Shown here piece after piece: positions 37,372-48,734 of a DNA stretch of 64,000 nucleotides. Position 1 is the stretch's first letter. The number at the start of each line of letters is the position of its first letter. The translations under genes and the position numbers were made by a program. The DNA lies in the NCBI GenBank assembly GCA_003427395.1, contig BFEA01000007.1:3629078-3693077 (forward strand), given 5' to 3'. Source of the DNA: Chara braunii (Eukaryota; Plantae; Charophyceae). The notes beneath the pieces were generated by a model that did not search any database, was not told the origin of the DNA, and was given only the letters and a program-made list of their open reading frames with translations.

Positions 37372-39237
37372 GTTGGTAATTTCGCCCCACTCCGGCGTGC
37401 ATTAATTCCTTGCTGTTTTCGATGCACTGGCACTCCTTTCTGGTAGTTTTCGCTCCCTCCCCTTTCAGCTTCCTGCTGTTGACCACAACCTCTTGGGTAT
37501 CAATCATGGTTGGACTTAGCTTTGCTCCTCGCCCGTAAAATATTATCTTGTCACTCTTCGGGATGTTAGCACCGCCATGTAGTTCGCGTGTTTAAGTGTG
37601 TGTCCCGTCCATCTTTATTTCCACGTCTGGTTGTGGCTCTCGTCGTTTTGCTTTTGTCTTTCGGCTACTTTTTGTCTGGCTTGATGATGATCTTCACCGT
37701 CTTTTCGCTGGCCCGGAAGTCTATTTGGCATTAGCCCTCCTTACATGTGTCCGATCTCCTGTCCTGTGTCTTTTCCTTCTGCTTATTTCGTCGTCTATCT
37801 GGATCCTTGTATGTTTTTCTCTTCTCGTTGACTCGTTCCTCTCCTGGATTCTTACGCCCACCTCCTCTTATCCGTTTTTTGGTTCTGCTGCGTTATCTGC
37901 GCATGTAGTGCCATACACGCGGACAGTCACTTTTACCTCAAGCATTCCTTTCGTTGCAGTTTTGGTTGCCTTTTCCTGGCTTATTTGTGATGATGTGATG
38001 CTTTCGGTTTTCTAAGGCGGCTTTTTTCCTCCTCGTGTTACCTCGTTCGTTTCCATTCATCCATCCTCCATGGCCTCACATATTCTCCGTCGTGCCGTCT
38101 TTTCTGTCTTATCCTGACACTTTTTGTTAGTATTTTCCGTCCCTCGCCGTTCTTCTCCTGAATGTCTTAAATGGCTTGGTCTCTTTTCCTGAACGACTTT
38201 TGACGTGTTTTGTCGCTTATGCGACTTGAACTAGGACTTGCTTTGTGTTGTGTGAAGTTGTCATCTTTACATACCCTACATACATACTTGGTCGCTCCCC
38301 ATTTTCGGTCCTTCGTAAGCTACGGTTTTGCATCGGTGGCTTTCCTTTCGTCAGTTGTTAGTTCTCCTCTCTCTTATTTATGCCTACCCTTTTTTCCGTT
38401 TCTGAGTGTCCGTTTCGCTTGCTTATTTTCTGGACACCCAATCCAGCGCTGATGCAATATCCTCGTCTTCCCGATTCCTTTCTGTTGCCGCGTTGTTGGA
38501 TGCCTCGATTTTTCTGTGTGCTCGCCCGAAAATGCATCCGTTTCCGTGCTTTTCGGCTGAGTGGACGGTGATTCTGTCGGGTTCTAAATACTATTGCCCT
38601 ATTTTTTGTGGATTTCCATATTTGTTAATACGACTGCCTCAAGGGCTTCGTTCTTAGGGACCCACTGCTGATGGAGCGAAGCGATGTGTTCTTACGGTCC
38701 CTCTGCGGATGGAGGGAGGGTCCTCTTGGACGATCAGAACTTCCCTGATTACCTTCTTTAACGCATGCTCGCATGGTAAAGTGTGCGATAACTGGCGAAA
38801 TGAGTCTTAAGTTTGTTTGTGCAGATCGGCATTGTAAATGTGCGGGCGGTGGTGTGTTCGTCTGTGTTTACGAGAGTTGTGAATGGATAAGCAAACGTTT
38901 GATGTGACGCTTTACATGTACGCATGTATATATGTAAAAGTATATGTGGATAAATATGCCGCCATATGTGTGGATATGAGAGAGGTGATTCCATGTTTGT
39001 TGCGACGTATTCGACCAATTTGAGTGCGTCGTGTAAATGCGGCTATTGCGAGAATGACTACTGTCTCTGATGGATTGCCACGATTGTAATGGCAGGGACA
39101 TGTTCATCATGGAAGTTGTTCATGCGTCGATGTTGGCGCACGCTGGCATCCTTGGTGACCTTAACGTTCCTACCCACTTGTCGGTGCTTACTGAACAATG
39201 CACGGATGTTATGTTGCACGGATGTTATGTTGCTCAG

Positions 39238-39312
39238 GTTCGGATCCTTTGTTACCTTCATCACGACGAGTTGAAGCCAGCTTTTTTTGTTTGCAAACGT
39301 TTACGTGAGGCG
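39238..39312 (+). CDS. F-box protein exon 2
   Basis: CAG|VRILCYLHHDELKPAFFVCKRLREA|GTGAGT; F-box core, phase 0. Confidence 0.9.
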
Positions 39313-39489
39313 GTGAGTATTCCTCTTGTGCTAACCTCTGCAGTTCCCCAGTCATTGCTATTCCCCCTTACCCACTTTCAACATTGGCTCCCAACGGTTG
39401 TCTTCTATCCAGTCTCCTCACTTTTGGGATTTCATTGTGACACCGCACTCCCGCAAAGCCACCGTCTGTTTGCTGTTGTTGCCGCTGTA

Positions 39490-40070
39490 GTTCGCTGCTT
39501 TAGTCATCGGTTGTTTTATTTGCGCCGCTGGAAATGGTTTCCGTTTTGGGGGACGGATCATCCAATAAACAGTAATGGAACAAAAGACGTCGATTCGATC
39601 CTTCAGGTCGACCTTGAACTTGGGGGCGGCGGGCAGTTTGCGTTCTCTTCATTTGAGAATAACTTCCGCTGTTGTTTGCTGCTTTAATCATGGGGTGTTT
39701 GTTTGCGCTGATCGAAATGGTTTCCGTGTTGGATGTGGACGGATCGTTCAATAGATAGTAGCACGTGTTGGATGTGGACGGATCGCTCAATAGATAGTAG
39801 CAAAGGAACAGAAGATGTTGAGTCGATCCTTCAGGACGACCTTGAACTTGGCGGCGGGCAGCTGGGGGGGGTTCTTTGCATTTGATAATAATTTCCGCTG
39901 TCGTTTGCTGCTTTAGTTAACGGGGGTTTGTTTGCGCTGCTTGAAACGGTTTCCGTTTTGGATGTGGACGGACGGACCATTCAATAGACAGCAACGGTTG
40001 AGTCCATCCATCAGGACGACCTTAAACTTAGCGGACAGTTTGGGTTCTCTGCATTTGATGATGACTCCGG
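39490..40070. repeat. ~185-230-bp tandem repeat x3 in F-box intron 2
   Basis: GCTGCTTTA..TTTGCGC..GGTTTCCGT..TCAGG.CGACCTT.AACTT recurs at ~39495, ~39678, ~39908. Confidence 0.8.
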
Positions 40071-40353
40071 TCCGATTCGAAAGCACAGTGCACGCATTTA
40101 TGCCTCTAGGGCATTGGAGCACTGCGCGTGTGACAATGGGTTTGCTATGCCGCTACGTGGTATGACTTATCCTTGGCAGCTTGGATTCCAGAGGACCAGC
40201 ATTTCACTGCTGTGAGCTTGCACATGTTCCAGCGTGTCTAACTGTGTGTGAGGTAGTTCTAGTACCTTTTGTTCCAGAAAACTAATATGTGGCTCGTGAA
40301 AGTTGCTGTTTGTTGGAAACTGATTGGCGTTTGCTGGATCCCTTTGTGTGCAG

Positions 40354-40463
40354 ACGATAGCCGCCGTCCAAATCCACTTCAACTACACGACACCTGATCG
40401 TGATCGTCAAGAAATCCTCAGTTTTACTACGCCGAATCCGTCTCAACGGTGGCCATTCCGGAG
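40354..40463 (+). CDS. F-box protein exon 3
   Basis: TGCAG|TIAAVQIHFNYTTPDRDRQEILSFTTPNPSQRWPFR|GTAAG; HFNYTTPDR is the motif I recall from At4g35930-type proteins. Confidence 0.88.
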
Positions 40464-40888
40464 GTAAGAAAGACTATGCATGGCAATCTCCAAAACCTGC
40501 CACTGGTTGACTCAGCTTACAGGCACAGTGACGAACAGTGGCCATAGGCTGCTTCTCGTACAAGCATCGACAGATATACATTGCGTCTTCGCATGTACAG
40601 TTCTCAGTTGAAACGCCAAATGAACAAGGGCATAAAGTGAATGCTCGTTCATGCCAGTAACTATCGATTTTAATGTTTTGATGTTTCGTGGTCATTGAGT
40701 ACGACCCTAGGGACTATCAATTTTAATGTTTGATGTTTCATGGTCATTGAGTACGACCCTAGGGGACTTGGTGCGCTTTGTCATGGTTGAATTGATGAGT
40801 GCATATATTATTGGATCTTTTTTCGATTTGCTGGAAGTAGCAAAGCCTTGTTCTGATCCCGAAAACGCGTCCTTTGTTCCTGTGGCAG

Positions 40889-41147
40889 CGGACAACACGG
40901 TTGTCTACCACAAGTGCCTCAAGCTCCTCGACCTCAGCGGCTTGTACAACATCATTCGGTTTCCTTCCCAGCTGCAACGTTACGACAAGTGGCCGCGTCT
41001 TTGTTCCCGTGTACGCCTAGGCCTCAACAAGCGAGCGTGTTTTACCATTTGCCCAGTTTTCCTCGACCTCTAAGGATGGCATCATCGCATCGTGTCCTCT
41101 TCCACAAGGAGGATCTGTGCACAGTAGTTGCACAGGAGAGTGTATAG
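40889..41147 (+). CDS. F-box protein exon 4 (terminal)
   Basis: Phase-compatible GGCAG acceptor; PQAPR..LRQVAASLF..ASSHRVLFHKEDLCTVVAQESV*. Spliced CDS is 1221 nt (406 aa). Confidence 0.85.
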
Positions 41148-43467
41148 ACGAAGGGAGGCTCAATGGGTGTAAAGGAGGTGCTTTGAAAAAATTGGTGAAC
41201 GGATTTTGCGGAAATGCTGGGCGCATTACTAGTCCATGCACTTCTCGTGTCTCTTCTGCTTGCCCCTGCTTTTCTTGTGCCCTTGTCAATTGGTTTATAC
41301 AGTTTGTCTCGCGATGCGAGTCCTCGTACGTCATGCATTCACGGAACTTCCAACTCGCGTCTTGGTCGGGACTGTTTGTCATTTATCGATGATAGTTGAC
41401 AGTTTTTCGGGCGATGGGTTTGTCCAGTCAAGTGGTTGACGTATACAGCGCAGTGAAGAGACTGAGCTCTGGCCGATTCGTCTGCCGAGGCTCGGCAGGA
41501 TGGTGTGCGTGCATCTCATTACTGGTGGTGGGATGGTATAATCATAGCCACTGCCAGAAAGAGTAGTAGAGGATATTGCAGCTAATTTGGGGGCGAATGT
41601 CAGGATGAGCCGCCGTTGGCAACGTGGGTTTGAATTTGACGAGATCGAATGATCGGTCGAGTTGAGTAAGAACAGTCGGTACAGCGATCCTTGTACGCGC
41701 ACGCGCTTTGCATGGGGAATGCAACTTTCCTGGCTTCCGAGGAAGTTGCCGAAAAGCTAGGCAGATGGCCGTGGAGCTCCTGGTTCTCGAGTCGACAAGG
41801 ACGCGTGCTATGACGTCGTAGTACTCCACTTGTGTGGCGACGTGTGTGGAGAGCATGGTGCTCTGCTCAGCTACGACGTGCGCTGTACTTCCGTACCTGT
41901 GCTTACTGTTATGATCACGGTCACTGAAGGAGGAGGTTTCGTTTATCAGGGGACAATGGGACAATCTGGTCTGATGGAAGAGGGGGCCGTCTTGACCTCC
42001 TCATCTCATCATGGAATCAGTGTCGATGGTCCTGAAATGGGTTTCCTTAGCAAGCTTCAAATGTACGTGCCCTGATTTCGTTCCGTTCCGTCCTAGGATA
42101 GATCTCGTCAAGTCGCTCGCTTGCTGCACCTGCACGATATGTCCAGAATATGACAAGGCTTCTGTTTGTAGATGCCTCTTTTGCCTGCCTCACTTCCTCG
42201 CCTTGGGAGCAGTGGGGAGTTATGTCGATCCGTTGTACAGTGAATTATGCCCCCGCACGTGCAGGTACGTTAGGCCTTAGTTGTTTTGTTTGGCTAGTTG
42301 GTGATTATGTATATTTCTGGGTTTCTCGATAAGCAGACAAGCAAGCAGTGCAGGCAGCAAAATGGAGTGGAAGTGATTGAATGGTGACGGTACCGTTTAC
42401 AGATCTGCTGTTTCCTGCTGCTGCTGGTTGACTGTTGGTGACAGAAAATGGGAATGCTGTTTTGAAGGAGGGAGGGAAATGGGCGAAGGTATGGCCAGAG
42501 GTACGCAGCCCATATTTTTTCTTGCTGGAGTTTACGTTTTGCTTTTGCGGGCGCTGGCCTTCTTGCTAGAGGCCAATGGTTGACTCTCCATGGTACGCAA
42601 TCATTCGTAGTCTTTCTTGGAAAGAGGAGATACATGAGCTCAGCGGGCGCTGGCCTTCATGCACATTAATATTCCTCCTTGTGCGGGAAGACCTGGTCCG
42701 TTGACCCTTCGCACGGATGGAGCCGTTCGGCCGCAAAGCTGCTTCTCTAAATCGTGCGTCAGAGAGCCGGTGTGCCCTAGCCTGTAAGTAATGGTTCTTC
42801 TGGCGGTCGTCTTTGCTGGTGGGAATGCGGTAGCTGCTGTGTGATTACTGCCGTCGGTCACACTCTGCAACAAAGCGACAGTATACGCCGGACATCTTAG
42901 TGAGCCTGATTTCCGCTATCGTTCTGAACCGTTGCCTTTCTGTCGGGTTGGATTTCCCCTCCGGAGAATTGTGCTGCGTCAATTGAGAAGGAGATTTGTT
43001 AAGACAATCCTGTTCATGGTTCTTCAAGGAGATTTGTTAAGACAATCCTGTCCATGGTTCTTCACGTTTTTGACACAAGGATCTTTCAAAACGGGTCTAC
43101 GGGATCACTTCAGCGCTGCGGCTGTGGGTTGGGTTGACATTCTTCTGTTCAATAACTTGTATGGAGGTCTCAGTTCTTCATGAAGCCGTTATCTGTGCCC
43201 CGAGGCTACTCTTTAATCTACCGTGCGATCGTTTTTGTATCAGCACGCTCATCGAGTGGTTCCTTGTAGGGAGTTTGTGACTGATTGGTGGTGGGCGCCA
43301 TTGCAATCCGGAGCGGGGTTTGTTGACGGTATGGCTGGGCAAACCTTCCAGTCGTGGATTCCTGTGTTGCCGGGGCAATGCATTCCGAGGAGTCGTATCA
43401 CTAGCGATGTCTCACGATTTATGACTTGAGCGATGATGGCACATAGCAGACGCCTGTGTGTGTGTGT

Positions 43468-43516
<49 letters not shown>

Positions 43517-43529
43517 NNNNNNNNNNNNN

Positions 43530-43579
<50 letters not shown>

Positions 43580-44687
43580 ATAGTTGTTGCAGTTGGTCAC
43601 CTCAACTTACGTATGACATTGTATCTTTTGTAGGAATGTGATAGCGCACAATTCCAGTTTGCGTTTGGCACATCTCTGATTGTTTCAGGTTTTCCGAACT
43701 GATCATGTCTTGATGATCAAAAGAGGGAAAAACAGGAAGACTATGTTTCTCCTCTTGTGTAAGTATTGTACGAGATTTGGTTGGCAGTGTTGCTCAGTAT
43801 CTGAACGATCTTGACCATCGTAAGTTGGCTTGCCTCTCATGGCTTTGCATGGACTAGTGGACCGGCTGATTGCCAGTAAGGGTGAGCCCAAACTCTCAGA
43901 GCTGATGATCTATAGTGGAATCGAGATACTGACAAGGACATGCTTACACATGATGTACATAGAACGAGATGAAATTCGTGAGGGAGATCCCTCGGGAAAT
44001 GGTCAGACCGAGAGAATCGTAGTGCACCTTGTGTAAAGCTCCCAGAGCCTTCACCGGTGGCCTTTGTTCCACGGCTTTCTAGGGCTGACGGGCCAGTAGC
44101 AATAAGAAGAGAGAACGGGACGCTGCTCTTTTCTGGCGAAATTGTTCATGAGATTCGAAATGTCCCTAGGACCACGTCATAAATTTTTTGGGGGAGTGAC
44201 TCCCCCGTAGGGCGCTGCAGAATTGTGAATATGACCTTCATTGGGTCCTTTCGGTACGTGCCTCCAAAATTGTCAGTAAGTCGTCAGGAGGGCGCCCCAA
44301 AATTTTGTCAATAAGGTTTTGTGCTCCACTCATTTATTTTGGGAAAATTCCCTTTATCTATGAACCCCACGTCTCCCTTGACAATTCAACAGCCTTTTGG
44401 AAATGTTAGTACCCCACTGTTGCCATCTCAGGCGCACTATCGGATTTCCTGCCCGGGATTGGCCCCCAGTGCACTTGACTCCCCTCAAAAAATATTGTGG
44501 ATAGAGACGGGCCCTTGGTCTCTGTAGGCTTATGACCTGTTAGCCCTGTGCCCTTGCCAAGTCCTCCAACGCAGAGACCGTCTTTGGAAGCGATGTTTTT
44601 GGTCTCAGATGTTGGAGTCCCAGCCTTTTTTCATGAAATTTCTTATGCTAATGCTGTGGAGCACGAGTAAGTCGTTGGGAAGGTGGG

Positions 44688-44731
<44 letters not shown>

Positions 44732-45704
44732 CTAGCTGGCTGGGAGGTGGGGTTTGGTGAGATTCTCCCACCCTCCCTCTTGTCTTCGCTCCTCATGGCT
44801 ATGTAGCTCTGTGTTTCTTTCCTTGCTAAGCATAATTCTGCAAGAAGAGGGTGACTGTGATGAACCATTTGGTTGGCGTTTCACCCTGTGTATGGGTGCC
44901 CCCTGTGTGCTTGTATCCCCCTTTGTGTTGTAAATTGTCAACTCAAACAAACAGTGCCTTTCCCCGCTTGAAACAGATATGCGAACCCCTTCTCCACCCA
45001 CATGAGTGGATTCAAAATTGATACAGCTGTACATCTGAAGTGGAGGCGATGAACCACATTAAGAGTGTGAAATTGTTACTTACCCAATCCTTCAAACAGT
45101 TTCCTTTGGCATTCCCTCCTCCCTCCCTCTTTTCTTTTCATATGCAGAGTTGTGATTGAGATTCCTCCCTTTTCTCTCTTCTTGCACTATAGTAGCAGTA
45201 GTGCCGCTTGCACTTATCCGGCCCAAGTACATAGCATATCAGAAAAATAACGTATGCCGTAATCACAAGCCTTGTGTCTGTGTGCGTTGACAAGCCTTAT
45301 ATCTGTGTGCGTTTTGTGCTGGGCGTGCGTATGCCCACCCCGTTCTTGTCAGCTCTCCTGCCCGGCCAAACCTTGTGTATACGAAAAGGATTGTTCACTT
45401 TTGTGTTTGGTAAACCTCTGCCCGACTCCGATGGGCTCGAGTGTTTAAATATCCTCGTGCATCTCCCAAAAGGAGGTTTCTGGATTTATGTGTGACATCT
45501 TTCACATGGGCCACGATAATCCTCCCTTGATCGTTCTAATGTCGATGAATGTCTCGAAGAAGGATATTTCCACGGCATTGTGTGCTTATTTCTAAATAGA
45601 TGCTGTTAATGGGCGTACGTATAGTTTCGTTAGACGAAGTGGGTGTTATGAACTATCTTCCCATTTTTTCAAGTAATGAATCTGGGAGTTTTATTAGTCT
45701 GCTG

Positions 45705-46190
45705 CTACGGGACACCTGCGGCCTAGGCCGCGGGAAATTCGGCCGCGGCCAACAAGGCCCCGTTCGCGGCCTGTGTTTTTAATATTTTTTTTATACCCCT
45801 AAAAATATGTAACCAAAAAAATAAAAACAAATGGGGTTGTAGGGCTTGCAAAACCCTACAATCCTATATTTTTTATTTTGGAATCCGACCTCGTTTAAGA
45901 TTTAAAAAAAAATGAAAAACAAAAATCGATTTAAACAAATTGTTAAAAAAAAAAAGTAGGAATTTTGTTTTGTCATTTCTTTTCACGAGGGACATGGTAG
46001 GTGAGTTGTCCTGTATTTTTTTAGAAATGTTTTTCGGGTTTGTGTGGGGAAATTGGGTGTTAAAAAAAAAAGATGCAAAAATTGAAACAAATAAAGAAAA
46101 AAATGGGTCACGCTGGGGTTGGTGTGTGTGTGTGTGTGTGTGTCTGTGTGTGTCTCTGTGTGTGTGTGTGTGTGTGATTGATTTGTTTGA

Positions 46191-46227
<37 letters not shown>

Positions 46228-46238
46228 GTGTGTGCGTG

Positions 46239-46316
<78 letters not shown>

Positions 46317-46419
46317 NAGAGTGTTGTGTGTGTGTGTGCGTGCGCGATTGTGTGTGTGTGCGTGCGCGGGTGTGTGTTTGTTTGTGTCTGTGTTTGTGTG
46401 TCTGTGCATGCGTTCCACT

Positions 46420-46453
<34 letters not shown>

Positions 46454-46543
46454 ATGCGTTCCGCTGAGTGTGTGTGTGTGTGTGTGCGCGAGTGCCGGGG
46501 GGAGGGGAGGGAGGACCCCTCCCCAACCAGTCAATCAATCAAT

Positions 46544-46575
<32 letters not shown>

Positions 46576-46792
46576 AAATCAATAAAAAAAACTATCAAAT
46601 TTTTTTCTATTTATTTAATTTTTTTTCTCACACACCAAAAAACACCCCCCCCATTTTTTTTTTATTATTTTTTTTTTAACAGGGCCATAAAGGCCGACGT
46701 GCGATGGCCCCGCGTGCGCCCCCGCCTGGGCCTGGGGCGGCCGCGGGCCTGCGGTCGGCCTCCTAAGGATCGGCGGCCTTGGGGTCACGTAG
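45705..46792. mobile_element. Possible non-autonomous DNA element: GGCC-rich ends, AT-rich and microsatellite interior
   Basis: Imperfect 12-bp inverted ends CTACGGGACACC / GGGGTCACGTAG; symmetric composition; (TG)n, (GA)n, (ATTG)n inside; no clean TSD. Confidence 0.4.
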
Positions 46793-46899
46793 TCTACGAA
46801 TCATTGCATGAGTGAAGAGTTGCCACACTGGTGCTGTGCCAGCTCTCAGACAGGATGACAGCCTCAGCGCATCGCCATTGAAGGAGAATGTGAAGTTGA

Positions 46900-47814
46900 A
46901 AATTATGTCTACTGAGGAAGCTTGAAAGGTGGAACTGTGCTGATCATCCCAGCTCTACCTGCAGCAGGGAGGCCTCTTCATCCTCTCCCTGGTACACCTG
47001 ATAGCAGCTTGCTCTCATAGCCCCCTGTTTCCTTATGCGAGTGGGTAAGAACTGGGATGCTGAAAATGCTGACAATCACCGTTGTAGATCTGCCTGATGA
47101 AAGGTTGTGAGGGGGAAGGGGACAGTGAGTAACCGGGAGGGCTGCAGGGGAATGGAACTGTCGATCTTGATTCAATCATTAAAGATGAGCTTGTAATCTT
47201 GCTGAGAATGGCCTTACCCTCAGCCTGTAGAAAGCAGTGTCCCTGGAAATTCAATCTGTATCCACTTCTTTTGAAGGTGACATCCTTTCTTTTTTGCAGT
47301 CAACAGTATCGTTGCAGTCCCCTCCAAATCCTGACCCAGTTTGTTTTCTTGGTAAAGTTTGACAATCCATAGGAAGTCGTCCATGGCATCCCCATATAGT
47401 CTGACTGCTTTCTCCGTGTTCCGCAGCTGTCATAAGGCTGTGCTGCCACTGTGGATGTACCAGTGATCCCGCATGTCGGGGAAGTTCGACGGGGGCCACA
47501 GGGGGAAGGCGGCGACAATCTTCGCCCATATTCGTGGAAGACCAGTGCATAGTCTCTTATGATCTGCCCCTGCCTGCTCTCGTGTTCGCCCTCCCATTGC
47601 GCCATCGGTACCACCCGCTTTGCTTCACCCCCAGTCAGTCCTCTTTGAACTCTGTTATCGCTTTTCCCTATATCTGCACACCTTTCGTATAGGTCCACCA
47701 CTTCCCTCCCCCGTTCCACCCTCATCTGGCTGTCAGTTCTGTTGAATGTGTTGTTTGATAACCTGTGTAAACTTTTTCGCCTTCAACCCTTGCTTGCTGC
47801 TTTGCATGTGTACA

Positions 47815-47816
<2 letters not shown>
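46900..47816 (-). mobile_element. LINE-E 3' fragment (older relative of LINE-D; left boundary approximate)
   Basis: GGEAKRVVPMAQW...IIRDYALVFHEY resembles LINE-D GGERKGWVAxVRW...IARDYQLxFHEW. Confidence 0.7.
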
Positions 47817-47849
<33 letters not shown>

Positions 47850-48734
47850 CCGAGAAAAGCCCTTATGCAAGGCCTCTATCCTGGTGGTGGTAAGAGAACC
47901 ACCGGGATTGAGGCTTGCCTGGCGGGCAGCTCCATCTATTGGTGGGGAGCAACACCTGCTGGAAACCGGGTCCAGCGTCCCTTAGATACATCTTTATACA
48001 CAGTACGTTTTAAAGGAGACGCCTTTGCGCTGGTAACTGGGTCCAGCCTCCCATCCAATCCACTATACCAGACCTATCTTGCAGCAGGCTCGGCTATTTG
48101 GGGGGACCCACTGGGGGGCACCAGTGGAGCCTCCTCCAACCCCAGCCCCTGCCATCCACCTACTCTCCTTCTGGCGCCTCTTTATATTTGAAACTATCTT
48201 AGAAGGCTGGGATAGACAGTACATTGCCAATGCTGCAAACCGGGTCCAGCGTCCCATATTGATGACAGAAATGCTGAGACAGAGTACATTGCCAATGCTG
48301 GAAACCGGGTCCAGCGTCCCATATCAGTGCTGTTCATCCAACCAATCCTGCAGTGTATCCATCTGCTGCGGTCCCTCNNNNNNNNNNNNNNNNNNNNNNN
48401 NNNNNNNNNNNNNNNNNTCCCTCTGCGGACCATTAGACTGAACTTGTAACCGAGAAAGCTGAAACAGACAGTACATTGCCAATGCTGGAAACCGGGTCCA
48501 GCGTCCCATATCGGTGCTGTTCATTCAACCAATCCTGTAGTGTATCCATCTGCTGCTGTCTCTCTACTGACCATTAAACTGAACTTGTATTGGAAGGGAC
48601 AGAATAGACAGAGGTAAACAGGGATGGGCAGGGATAAGCAGTGATAGACAACAAGAGAAGGAACCGAAAGAGGCAGAGATCAGAAGAGAACAGAAGGGAG
48701 CAGAAGTAGGGGACCACAGAAGAAGAGGGCAGAA

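Noticed and set aside
41400-43400. Further gene downstream of the F-box gene
   Set aside because: Only short overlapping ORFs with no recognisable motifs.
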